The translations under genes were made by a program, and so were the position numbers. Below the pieces are notes generated by a model. The model saw only the letters and a program-made list of their open reading frames with translations. It was not told where the DNA came from and did no database searches. 64,000 bases of DNA, from contig OZ252239.1 in the NCBI GenBank assembly GCA_965249485.1, positions 2,720,001 through 2,784,000 on the forward strand. The letters are read 5' to 3'. Shown piece by piece: positions 39,461 through 50,068 of the stretch. The first letter of the stretch is position 1; each line of letters starts with the position of its first letter. This DNA comes from a bacterium. Its GTDB lineage: Bacteria > SM23-31.

Positions 39461-40123
39461 ATAAGTCGGATACAGGAAAAAAAGCTCCATATTGATAGGA
39501 GAGTATTCCCGCATTCAATAACACCATTCCATACTCACCTGTTATTCAATACCGAATTCTCCATTTTCCCAGACCACAGATACATACATGCCAAAGTATG
39601 TATTATTTGCATATACATATTTTATTAGAGCAAAACAACGAATTATATGTATATACATTTATATTTCGAAGTGCTTGGTTTATCATATTATTTTCAATAT
39701 TATGGTATGAAATTTGGATCTTTCCTTCACTGACCAAACAGCCGTATACCCACACTACTTCCAAGTAGTTCCCATTGCATACTCAGAGATAAAACCGATT
39801 TTTTCCAGGATGGTGAAGAAAATGCTGCATCTTAGTCAAGCAGTACAATAATTTGAGATGATTATTTGTGGACCCTAATTGGTTAAACGGAGGACATTTA
39901 GGATTGAAATTATATACGCAATGTAAAAACCATTTTTCAGACTGCACAATTGGCTGAGAATTAAAAGTCAGTCACATAGAAAATTGAAATACACTTGTTC
40001 ACAAGCAAGTGCGGGCGTGGGGATTAGTCTTCGCAATACAGTTATTGCGGGATAGTATTACAACAAATAATACGTAAAAAAGTTATCTTTCTAATTTTAA
40101 CAAGACATTTATTCATTCCAAAA

Positions 40124-40402
40124 TTATTGAGTTACTTTACGCTTATAAATACATATTTCAATGGGATATCCTAAATTGTGTTGAGTATATTCAATTTTAT
40201 CTAATTCCCATCCTCGCTCACTAACAAAGTTTATTCTTTCTTGAATTTTATTAGCAAAACGAGAGTTTCCGAAAATATTTTCACCAATATAAGGATTGCC
40301 ATGATCAATTATGTCTACTTTGTATTCCCAAATAATCCCTTCTTGAGTCATTTGTGCATCTTCCATGTTCCAAAATATTGTAGCTATTAATACAAGGAAC
40401 AA
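40124..40402 (-). CDS. Small exported DUF4177-like protein; original start may be frameshifted (ATG 40442)
   Basis: Hydrophobic N-terminus, WEYKV...IN....RGWEL...YKR pattern. Confidence 0.55.
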   Translation of the reverse strand: MFLVLIATIFWNMEDAQMTQEGIIWEYKVDIIDHGNPYIGENIFGNSRFANKIQERINFVSERGWELDKIEYTQHNLGYPIEICIYKRKVTQ

Positions 40403-40799
40403 AAATGTTGACTGTTTTGAAATAGTATTTGTTAATTTTCATAGTGTTACACTCTTTGTTACGTTAATGAAATCAGAAATTTCATTGAACACAAATGAGA
40501 AGTCGCGATTTTCGTCAAGTCAAAAGTGTGAATTGAATAGTGGCAGTTTAAAATTTGACAAAAAAATGGATGCTGTAATACATTACTGTAGCTGTTTCTA
40601 AAGAGAAGTCCTTCATGATATATCACGAATGGAAAACCTAATTTAACAAAATAATCTAAAAATTATTGACGCTATCGGATCGAATGGAAAGCAATTAACT
40701 CAAAGAGACTCTCTTTGTATGTTGTTTTTCTTAATGAACATATTATTATTACATTACTAACAAGAAAAATATGGTTTTTGTAATAATGTTAAACCTTCC

Positions 40800-41384
40800 T
40801 TAAATCCAGCCATATTGAATTAATGATTTGTATGCACGCCATGAAAATAATGCTGCTAATAATATCAATACCGCATTTATTGTTAGCGTAAAAACAGCAA
40901 AAACCTGCATCCCCAAAATGATTGTTGTTATAACGAAAAATAGACAATTAGCTGCAAGCTTTTTTCTGCGAACCCGGTAAGGTTTTATTTGTTTTGCTAT
41001 TTCATCAGAGATCGGGCTATCGGGTTTAATTTCATTTAATGGAGCATCTATTTTTTGCTGCAAATACAGATGAACATAAGAAAGTGATCCCATCAATGCA
41101 AATAACAGTATAGTTTTAATCAACAGTATCCAATTAGTATATAGTGCCTCAATCCCCAGCGGTCCGTAAATAAGAAGAAGTATTCCAGAAATCAACACTG
41201 ATGATTGGAATACATAACATCTTTTCACACCGCCACGAATGATATTTTCCATATAATGATCAGCATAATAATTGAGTCCGGGACCAAATTTAGCCCGTTC
41301 ATTTACTGCGATTAGATTAAATAGGGGAATAGACATAAAAACAAAGCTTATGACGTGTACAAACTTTAGAATGTCGTATAACAT
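40800..41384 (-). CDS. Integral membrane hypothetical protein (4-5 TM)
   Basis: GGGAGG Shine-Dalgarno; LKFVHV in TM1, as in DUF2269/CopD-like helical bundles. Confidence 0.7.
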   Translation of the reverse strand: MLYDILKFVHVISFVFMSIPLFNLIAVNERAKFGPGLNYYADHYMENIIRGGVKRCYVFQSSVLISGILLLIYGPLGIEALYTNWILLIKTILLFALMGSLSYVHLYLQQKIDAPLNEIKPDSPISDEIAKQIKPYRVRRKKLAANCLFFVITTIILGMQVFAVFTLTINAVLILLAALFSWRAYKSLIQYGWI

Positions 41385-41639
41385 TTTTAACCTCCCATTT
41401 ATTTGGGATTTGCGCCTATATCATAATAACAATACCAAATTTCACGAGAAGATTCTGTAAATCATCTGGACCATTCGAACACTTTGAGTTTAATAGTAAG
41501 ATATTCATTAAGATTTTACAAGAATATTCTGCCCCTCGGGCTGTACGATGTGCGAACCACAACGAATAATATGATTTTGCGTTGGGGGTAAAGAGAAATA
41601 CTCTACTCCACGTATCGATAATACTATAAGATTTCAAAA

Positions 41640-41809
41640 TCAATATTTTCTCCCAGAAAAATAATTATATGCCGTATTGCTGTTCATGATGATTTTAACA
41701 TCTTCTGAAGAAATACCGATATTCACATATGCAGAAGTTATACCCTCTGCAAGTTGCTTTTTTTGCCAGATAATGCCCCTTCATTCCACTCAGTAATAAT
41801 AATTGGCTT
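41640..41809 (-). pseudogene. 4-oxalocrotonate tautomerase family remnant
   Basis: (AAG instead of ATG)-PIIITEWNEG, a 1-nt frameshift, then QKKQLAEGITSAYVNIGISSEDVKIIMNSNTAYNYFSGRKY*. Confidence 0.65.
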
Positions 41810-41877
41810 ATTGTCCTTCATGTTTGATAAATAAATAATTACCAAAACAAAATTCAAGGATTTGTTTCTTAGCAGTA

Positions 41878-43596
41878 CTATTGTATTGTAATTGTCTTTT
41901 CATCTCGGCCGGCCTTTGGAGCCCAAGCCTCGACAGACACATTGAGAGGTGCAGAACCTACCGCTTTGATCGTCCATTCAACGGTCTTCGTTGGCACCTC
42001 CTCTCCGTGAGACCATAGGCTGATAACCGTAAGCCGACCAGGGAGATGTCCGGCATTTATGATCGGCTCCCCTTCTACCACTTCGCCACCTGTTACATGT
42101 ATTTTTGCATTGACTGGATAATCGCGCCTGATCTTTATTGCATTTTGAGTGACATACGTTGCCAGAAATCCCGTGTTTTGAAGAGTGGCCATAATACGAT
42201 GCCTGCCACCAGAAATTGGCTCTGATGTCAAATCTTTAATTTGTAGAAACGGTGAACGATTAGCAATGTGACGCAATAAATCGTATTGCCACTCGGAGTG
42301 CATCTTGGCTGTTTTGTCAAGAGCTGCAGGAATGCCGTGAGAACCCCCGACCTCCACTTCACCAAGCACAGAATGTTTATAGGGTTTCCACGGCGAGAAA
42401 AACTGACCCCCCTTTTCCTCCTGGTGCCAGCGATCAATTTCGTCCGGACGAATAAAGCCATCCTTGTTGTAATCTGGTGCCGATCCCTCAACCTCAGGCG
42501 AAATACTATGGATACCAACATGCATGTAAGCCCAATCGTTCGAAAACCCGGTTATGCGCCATCTGTCATTAACTATCGAACCTTCCCCATGAAGCTCTGA
42601 TGGATCAGGCCTTCGGGAATTAAAATTCCAGCTCATATAGTTGGTCTGCATTATGCCGCCTTCACTCAGTGCTGCCCAGATAGCGCCTAAGCGCACATAG
42701 AAATCATTGTCTTCGAGTGGCATAAAGTCGTCGGGATGGTTCATTGGCGGACGGACCATATAGCTCTTGGCACCCCCGCCTGAGTGGATGTTGTAGGCAA
42801 AGAAGATGTTCCGGTGCGAAGTTATGAAATCCGCGACAGCACGCACCTCAGGTCTTGAGAATGGATAAGGACCGGCGCCTCCATCTTGAGGTTCCCATTC
42901 TGCAGACCAGTTTCGGTTGAAGTCTGTGTCCTCACGCTCACCAGTTAATTCGTTACGTTCTCTCCTCTCTTTCACCAACGGATTCCCCTCAGGACTTATA
43001 ACACCCGGCCCCTCAATATAGTATCGATATCCCCTCTCCATTGAATCATCCTTTACACGTATCCGGGTAATATAACCATCTCCGTCTATGTCCCTTCCGG
43101 CATGCTCCTCCGGTATATAACCTTTCCACGCCGTGTGACGAGTAAGCATCCGCTCGCCTCCGTCGGCATCGAATACCGGCAACACATAAAAAGTTCGAGT
43201 ATTAATAAGACGAGTTGCTTCAGGGCTTTTATCATATTCGAAAAGGAGCCTTTCGATAAAATACGATAGGTAAAGACGCCCGGTTTCCTCGCCCATGTGC
43301 ATATTACCGTCCATCCACATTGCCGGTTTCGATTCACCGGATCCTGTGGCCTCGTTTGTTATCTCTATCACCAACATCTCACGTCCAGCAGCGGTCTTGC
43401 CGATAATATGGGTGCGGGCAATCTTCGGGTACTTCAAAGCCAGTTCTTGAAGACGAGCATTTACTTCTGCATGCAATGGGTAAGGCCAGCGCCCGAAATC
43501 AAATGAAAAGCCGCGAATCGGCTCCGAACGCAATTGTCCGAACACATCCGCAGAAACAAGTTGTAATAATGAAACAACAATCATTAAGTAACGCAC
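41878..43596 (-). CDS. Exported M14 zinc metallocarboxypeptidase
   Basis: Signal peptide, IGKTAAGR, HMGE (HxxE), DFNRNW, SRPEVRAV, NIHS; GGGAGG Shine-Dalgarno before GTG. Confidence 0.88.
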   Translation of the reverse strand: MRYLMIVVSLLQLVSADVFGQLRSEPIRGFSFDFGRWPYPLHAEVNARLQELALKYPKIARTHIIGKTAAGREMLVIEITNEATGSGESKPAMWMDGNMHMGEETGRLYLSYFIERLLFEYDKSPEATRLINTRTFYVLPVFDADGGERMLTRHTAWKGYIPEEHAGRDIDGDGYITRIRVKDDSMERGYRYYIEGPGVISPEGNPLVKERRERNELTGEREDTDFNRNWSAEWEPQDGGAGPYPFSRPEVRAVADFITSHRNIFFAYNIHSGGGAKSYMVRPPMNHPDDFMPLEDNDFYVRLGAIWAALSEGGIMQTNYMSWNFNSRRPDPSELHGEGSIVNDRWRITGFSNDWAYMHVGIHSISPEVEGSAPDYNKDGFIRPDEIDRWHQEEKGGQFFSPWKPYKHSVLGEVEVGGSHGIPAALDKTAKMHSEWQYDLLRHIANRSPFLQIKDLTSEPISGGRHRIMATLQNTGFLATYVTQNAIKIRRDYPVNAKIHVTGGEVVEGEPIINAGHLPGRLTVISLWSHGEEVPTKTVEWTIKAVGSAPLNVSVEAWAPKAGRDEKTITIQ

Positions 43597-44024
43597 TTGT
43601 TATCCTCCCTACTTTTCATTTAAAGAAGCCTCCTGACCTTGACTTTCAACTTGGTGGAGGTTCTCGGATGTATTAACTTATATTCCCCATATCAATTTTT
43701 ATTATTGAGAATAATTGGGAATTGGTTGAAATATGACATTTTAAAATAAGTGATGAACTTGATTTAAAATATTAAAAATTATACTATTAATAGTAAAGTA
43801 TGTAATTTGCTTATGCAAATGTTTTCTTCTCTTCGAGCAATTCCATCACGTAATAAATAAGAATAGTCAATTTTTAAAAATTTTCACGAGGGGTTTTAAT
43901 TATGTTGAATTCTTTCCAGAATGAAATGGAATTTCGTTAAATCTGACATTCATCAAAATAAATTGTACTATATCAATTATGATTTTACATTACTACAAAG
44001 CAATTATCTAATAAACGAGGAATA

Positions 44025-46744
44025 GTGATGAAAAAAAATACCACGTATGCCTATTGGTTTCTTACAATCATGACCACTTTTCTTTTTATTGTTCAGACGA
44101 CGTACGGTCAGCTAATCCCGGAAAATATTATTGAAACATTTCACTACCGTTCGATTGGGCCAACCAGGCAGAGCGGCAGGATCACTGATTTTGCACTACC
44201 TGTGCTGCAACCCTACACGTTTTACGTTGCAACAGCTTCAGGAGGACTCTGGAAAACGGATAATAATGGGATTACTTACAGACCAATATTTGATCATGAG
44301 CATTCGATTGCCATCGGAGATGTTGCCGTTGCTCCCTCCGAGCCAAATGTCGTGTGGGTCGGCACCGGTGAAGCCAACGGTGACTACTGGGGTGATGGAA
44401 TGTATAAGTCGACAGACGGCGGCACAACATGGACGAATATGGGATTACGAGAATCGAGCCGGATAGGTCGGATCAGGATCCATCCCGGAAATCCTGATAT
44501 TGTATATGTGGCGGCAACAGGCCGGTTTAACTCACAGAATCCCGAACGTGGTGTGTTTAAAACGACAAATAGAGGAAAAACATGGGATAAATCTCTTGAG
44601 GTAATCGAGAATGGGAGATATATCGGGGTAGTCGATCTGGTTATGGACCCCCGTGATCCTGAAGTCCTCTATGCCGCGAGTTATGACCGTCCGGGCGCCG
44701 GGAGACATAACGATATACCCAATGGAGACGGCAGCGGCATTTACAAAACGATCAATGGCGGAACGTCTTGGATAAAGCTTTCAGACGGTCTTCCTGAAGG
44801 AGGAATGGGCAGGATCGGTCTCGATATTTATTTGAGCAATCCGGATATCCTCTATGGAGTTATCCATGTGCCCGAATCATCCGGTGGAAATTCACAGAAC
44901 AGGGTATACCGTACCGACAATGCAGGGAGAACGTGGAACAGACTGGGGCAACCGAGTGGAGAGGGATTGCGGGGTGCTTCTTACTTTGGCCAGATCAGAG
45001 TCGACCCCAATGATGAAAACCATATCTATGTTTTGAGTGTCAATATGTATGAAACAAAGGATGCCGGTAAAACATGGGATACCCCGTACCGTGAACGAGA
45101 CGAAAAAAGAAGGGCACGGGTTGATTTTTATGATGACCACCATGCGATGTGGATCGATCCTGAGAATTCAAGCCATATGTTGCTCGGTACCGACCATGGT
45201 ATGGGTATAACCTATGATGCCGGGAGAAACTGGTACCACCCGGATGAGCTGCCTCTTGCCCAGCTCTATGCAATAGCTGTCGATATGAACTATCCTTATG
45301 ATGTGTACGGAGGTACGCAGGACAACGGTAATTTCAGGGGCCCGAGTACTAAGAAAGGGAAATACCCCATCCGTTTGGAAGACTGGCAGTATTGGGGTAC
45401 CGGCGATGGGTCACACGTACAGGTGGATCCCTCAAACAGTCGCTGGTTGTATAATGAACAACAGAACGGCGATATCGAGCGCATCGATCAGAGAAGCGGA
45501 AGACGGAAAAATATCAAATACAGGAAAAATCCCGACCTGCGGTTCAATTTCAACACTCCGATTCTGATATCTCCTCACAATCCTAATGTTATTTATCATG
45601 GATCTAATGTTCTCCTCAAATCTCCCAACCGTGGTGAGTCCTGGGAAGAGATAAGTCCCGATCTGTCAAACTATGATGAAAATAAAATTAACACTATTCG
45701 GCGCGTGAAAAATACCATTACTACAATGGCTGAATCACCGGTTACCGAAGGGGTGATATGGGCGGGTACTGATGACGGCAATGTACAGCTGACACGGGAT
45801 GGTGGTAAAACGTGGAAAAACTAAATAACCGCATACCGGGCTATCCCGGATACTGGGTAAGCAGAGTTGCAGTTTCACATCATTATGCAGGTACTGCATA
45901 CGTATCGTTCCGAGGCAGGGACAGGGATGACTACCGGCCATTTGTGTACAAAACAACCGATTATGGTGAAACATGGGTATCAATATCCGCAAATCTGCCG
46001 AATGAATCGGTCAATGTGATTCAGGAAGACCATAAGAATCCTAATTTGCTGTTTGTCGGGAATGACAAGGCGGTCTATGTAACAATAGATGGCGGTAGGA
46101 ACTGGACACAATTGAAAAACAACATGCCAACCCAACCGGTACTTGATCTCGTCATTCATCCCCGCGAGAATGATCTCGTGGTGGGAACATACGGACGAGG
46201 TTTTTTCATAACCGATATATCCCCGCTGCAGGAATTGACAACGGAGTTATTAGGTCAGGAAGTCCATTTATTTAATATTGAACCCAAAGTTCAGTGGGTA
46301 ATTCCCCGGGAAAACGTCGTGAGTTCCCAGAACTTCGCAGGTGAGAACGAGCCCTATGGGCTTATGATCAATTATTACCTGAAAAACAGCGTTAATTCTG
46401 ATGTAATAGTTCGTGTATACAAGGGAGAACGAATGATAAACGAACTACATGGGTCAGGTATCGCAGGACTCAATAGCGTCGAGTGGCGGATGGATGCTCG
46501 ACGGGAGCGGACAGAAGAAGAAAAAGAACAGTGGAAGCGAAACTACGAGTGGTTTATTGACCAACCTTATACGAAATTTCAGGAAGTCTCTTATCACGAT
46601 GTTGAATTTGATCCTGACAGCCCGAACCATATTGGTACAGAACTTCCGCCGGGAGAATATACCGTTAAACTATCTGTCAACGACAAGGAGTTGACCCGTA
46701 AAGCGGAAATCCTGAAAGATCACTGGTATATTAAATACCATTAA
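44025..46744 (+). pseudogene. VPS10/sortilin-like BNR-repeat exported protein split by a 1-nt frameshift
   Basis: RSIGP..SGR, about ten (S/T)xDxGxxW Asp-boxes, DHHAMWIDP, GGTQDNG, GDG. ORFs 44025..45824 and 45812..46744 join at the A5 run 45816-45820. Confidence 0.85.
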
Positions 46745-46798
46745 CCGAATGGATGACAAGTATTTATAAGAATAATCAATTACAGGAGGAAGAGAATA

Positions 46799-48424
46799 AT
46801 GTGCAGATACCATCTGAATTTTTGTCTTAGCTTGTTTATTTCCATATTACTTTTTGATTCGTGCGCACCGGAGAACATTGGAACCGATATGGCGGCGTTG
46901 AATACCTACGATGATCTCGTTACGCTCTTCGGGGAGTTTCGCGAGTTTCAGAGACCGAAGGAGATAGACGGTGTGCCCGACTATACCGCATCCGCCATGA
47001 GCGAACAGTACAGCCGGGTACGGGAGTATCAGCAGAGATTAGCGGCTATAGATATCGAGGATTGGCCTGTTGCACAACAGGTGGACTACCACGTGGTACG
47101 CGCAGAGATGAACGGCCTTGAGTTCGATCACCGGATCCGAAGACCGTGGGCACGAGACCCAGTTTTCTACCTGTTTTCACAAGCAGGTGCGGGCCCGGCA
47201 GCTTATGGAAGGCCGCACTTATCCGGGCTTCCGATGTCACAGGAACAAGCGGCTGTTTTCAAAGCAAAACTTCAAGCTGTGCCCGAATTTCTCGAGCAGG
47301 CGCGGGGCAATCTTTCCGAAGCAGCCGGAGATCTTGCACGTTTCGCACTACATTATCTTGACGAAGAAATAGCGATGTATCAAAATCTTGGTGAGCGGTT
47401 GACCGGACACCACTCAGATATAATCCCCGACATCGATAAAGCGGTTGCCGCAGTTGAAGATTATGGTACATGGCTTGAAGCAAACATGAGTTCGATGACT
47501 GCTCCGGCGGGAATCGGCAAAGAAAATTATAACTGGTGGCTCAAAAATGTACATTTCGTACCCTACACCTGGGATGAAATATACGCCAGCCTGAAACGGG
47601 AGTACGAGCATTCACTCGGCGCCCTTAAAATAGTAGAGCATAAGAACCGTGACCTGCCGCCACTCAAATTGATTTCATCTGCAGATGAGTATCTAAGCCG
47701 ATGGAGAAATGATGAACGGTATATGCTGGATTTCATACAGGACGAAAAACTGTTTACATTTCCCGATTATATCACTTCCTACGATCCCGGTGAATGGTGG
47801 AATGCCCGCGAAAGGAACGGTATTCAGGATTTCTTTGAACAATGCAGGGATCGCGATATGATCGCCGAAATTGCCCATAATGCCTTAGGACACCATGTAG
47901 ATGAGTTAATGCATCAGCGGGACGACCGACCCATCCGGGGTCAAAACCGGTTATATGATATCGATATGATACGCAACGAGGGTATGGCATTCGGGCTCGA
48001 AGAAATATTTCTCCATGCCGGGATTTATGAAAAACGGCCCAGGGGCGAAGAGATCAACCTGATAGCAAAGGCGTTTCGTGCCGTGCGCGGCCTTGCCGAC
48101 TTGAATTTACATAGCAACGAATTCGACCTTTCCGATGCGCTCAAATTTTGCTATGAAGAAACTCCGTACAACTGGATGATCGACGGAGGATATGAAGTCT
48201 GGCATGAGATGCAGACAACACTCCGCGCTCCCGGTTGGCACATGGGCATGGTTCTTGGAAAAATCCAGATGATGAGTTTAATAGAAGATGCAGCAAAAGT
48301 ACGCGGTGACGATTTTGTACTTGGGGAGTTTGTTGACGATTTCAGATCGAGAGGTATGATCCCTATGTCGCTGGTACGGTGGGAACTGACGGGTCTCACT
48401 GATGAAATGGAAATTCTGTGGTAA
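46799..48424 (+). CDS. DUF885-like lipoprotein
   Basis: Lipobox-like LLFDSC, RPWARDP.FY, HNALGHH, EGMAFGLEE, LGK; AGGAGG Shine-Dalgarno. Confidence 0.75.
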   Translation: MCRYHLNFCLSLFISILLFDSCAPENIGTDMAALNTYDDLVTLFGEFREFQRPKEIDGVPDYTASAMSEQYSRVREYQQRLAAIDIEDWPVAQQVDYHVVRAEMNGLEFDHRIRRPWARDPVFYLFSQAGAGPAAYGRPHLSGLPMSQEQAAVFKAKLQAVPEFLEQARGNLSEAAGDLARFALHYLDEEIAMYQNLGERLTGHHSDIIPDIDKAVAAVEDYGTWLEANMSSMTAPAGIGKENYNWWLKNVHFVPYTWDEIYASLKREYEHSLGALKIVEHKNRDLPPLKLISSADEYLSRWRNDERYMLDFIQDEKLFTFPDYITSYDPGEWWNARERNGIQDFFEQCRDRDMIAEIAHNALGHHVDELMHQRDDRPIRGQNRLYDIDMIRNEGMAFGLEEIFLHAGIYEKRPRGEEINLIAKAFRAVRGLADLNLHSNEFDLSDALKFCYEETPYNWMIDGGYEVWHEMQTTLRAPGWHMGMVLGKIQMMSLIEDAAKVRGDDFVLGEFVDDFRSRGMIPMSLVRWELTGLTDEMEILW

Positions 48425-48794
48425 TATACTTAACTATCGATAATTCACAGAAATATGCAGAATCGTTTCATTTGGGAGTACTGGTTTATAAAATACAATC
48501 AATCATATCAACTATTAAAACGGCAACGTATTGATTTTCATCAGATAAAATAGCCAAATTTTTTAAACTTATTTATAGAATCTAGCCTGGGATTATTACA
48601 TTATACCAAGATTCCCAGTATGATATTGTACGTCTCGAATTCTTACCTCAGCGTCATTCAAACAATTTGATCAATATCATTCAATGAATCCAATTAAAAT
48701 ATGTGCGTTATTCTGGAAACAACAGTGGAAATTTACAAATAATAACCAATAATAGGACTCGGAATACCTTTTAAGTGCTTGTTATTACTTATAG

Positions 48795-48868
48795 TAGCGG
48801 AGCAGGGACTCGAACCCCGGACACGTGGATTATGATTCCACTGCTCTGACCAGCTGAGCTACTCCGCC
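48795..48868 (-). tRNA. tRNA-Met(CAT), probably elongator; CCA not encoded
   Basis: GGCGGAG...CTCCGCT-A acceptor; anticodon arm GTGGA-ATCATAA-TCCAC; GGTTCGAGTCC T-arm; followed by CTA. Confidence 0.95.
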
Positions 48869-48928
48869 TTTATTTTAACTAATTGATAAGTTAGGGTTTT
48901 TTTGGTAAAACATTAAGGTGAAACCACA

Positions 48929-49849
48929 CTATTCTAACCGAATTTCACCATTCAATACAGTTATTGCATTACCTAATATCTTAACCGACTCAAACACACC
49001 GTTCTTTTTGACAAGCTCGACACTTACTCTTCCGGGTTTATCAAGGAAGTCTCCTTGCTCGGCGACAAATCGAACTACTCCTTTAGATGGCTTTATTATG
49101 CCATTATCTACGAGATAGACACCTAGTGATCCAAGAGATTAACCCGTAACCGGGTCTTCAATAACACCAACCAACGGTGCAAAATGCCTACAATGTACTG
49201 AGGATTTACTTTCAATTGTGTCTGTTGTAAAAACAGTCAAACCGTGCGTTTGTGTATCAGAACATATTTTAGCAATAAGCCTCTGATTCGGGATAATCTT
49301 GAAGAGTTGTTCTCTTGATTTCATTGAAAGAAAAAGGTGTGAATTATTCTTTGACAATGGATAAGTGGTTTCTATACTTTCAACATGCATAGATAATGCA
49401 GTTGCAAGATCGTATTTCTCATATTCAACCAAATGAAACGTCGGAACAGGAAGTTCAAATATAATCAATGGCGGTTCATTTTTCTCTATTAAAACATCGA
49501 CAGACAATATTCCGGATCGTGTTTCTACATTAAACTTAAAGAGTCCCGCCCTGTTCATACCATACTTATGCTCTTCAGCAAGAGCATGGAACGCAGCTAT
49601 TGTTGCATGCCCGCATAAATTTACTTCTGAAGCTGGAGTAAACCATCTCAATCTCATGTCTGCTGTCGGTGTTTTGGGCGGAAGAACAAATGCCGTTTCA
49701 GAAATATTCATTTCACGAGCAATAAGTTTCATTTGCTTAACAGTCAGTCCACTTGCAGCCGTTACAACACCTGCTGCATTTCCGGCAAACGGAATACGCG
49801 TAAAAGCATCAACCTGTTTTATTTTAACAAATTTCAATGGTGCACTCAC
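48929..49849 (-). pseudogene. PhzF/DAP-epimerase-like protein with one in-frame TAA
   Basis: QVDAF..GNAAGV, SETAF, EVNLCGHAT, EDPVTG*(TAA 49139-49141), then 69 more in-frame codons (SLGSLGVYL...EQGDFLDKPG...GNAITVLNGEIRLE*). Confidence 0.88.
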
Positions 49850-49990
49850 CTAAATTAAAAAGGTATAAATTTTGTCATTTCTACTGCCATTCGCAAGTTA
49901 TTTTTCCCAATGCGCAGCTAAATTATCATTTTGTTAAATGCAGGTCAATTAATTAAAATAAAATGCCGTTTTTCATCACTCTCTTTTTGT

Positions 49991-50019
49991 TTGACTTTTT
50001 CGTATTTAAATCGTAAAAT
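49991..50019 (+). promoter_or_regulatory. Near-consensus sigma70 promoter
   Basis: TTGACT-17 nt-TAAAAT upstream of the PpiD-like gene. Confidence 0.65.
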
Positions 50020-50068
50020 TAGTGTTTTCATTGAAAGTGTTACGACAGCATATAAGAACGTAACCTAA

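Noticed and set aside
39500..39570. Short degenerate ATTCAATA/CCATT repeats after korB, considered as CRISPR or a repeat element
   Set aside because: Units are under 10 nt, irregular and lack spacer structure; no cas genes in the window.
41416..41643. 75-aa minus-strand ORF in the accessory spacer
   Set aside because: TTG start without SD and no recognisable motif; it begins at the stop of the tautomerase remnant.
43625..43665. Hairpin AGCCTCC...GGAGGTT upstream of the M14 gene, considered as a riboswitch
   Set aside because: No match to an aptamer I recognise, and the G-U pair favours the strand opposite the M14 mRNA; not enough support.
48425..48794. Integrase remnant next to tRNA-Met
   Set aside because: No tyrosine- or serine-recombinase motif was recognisable in the frames I read.
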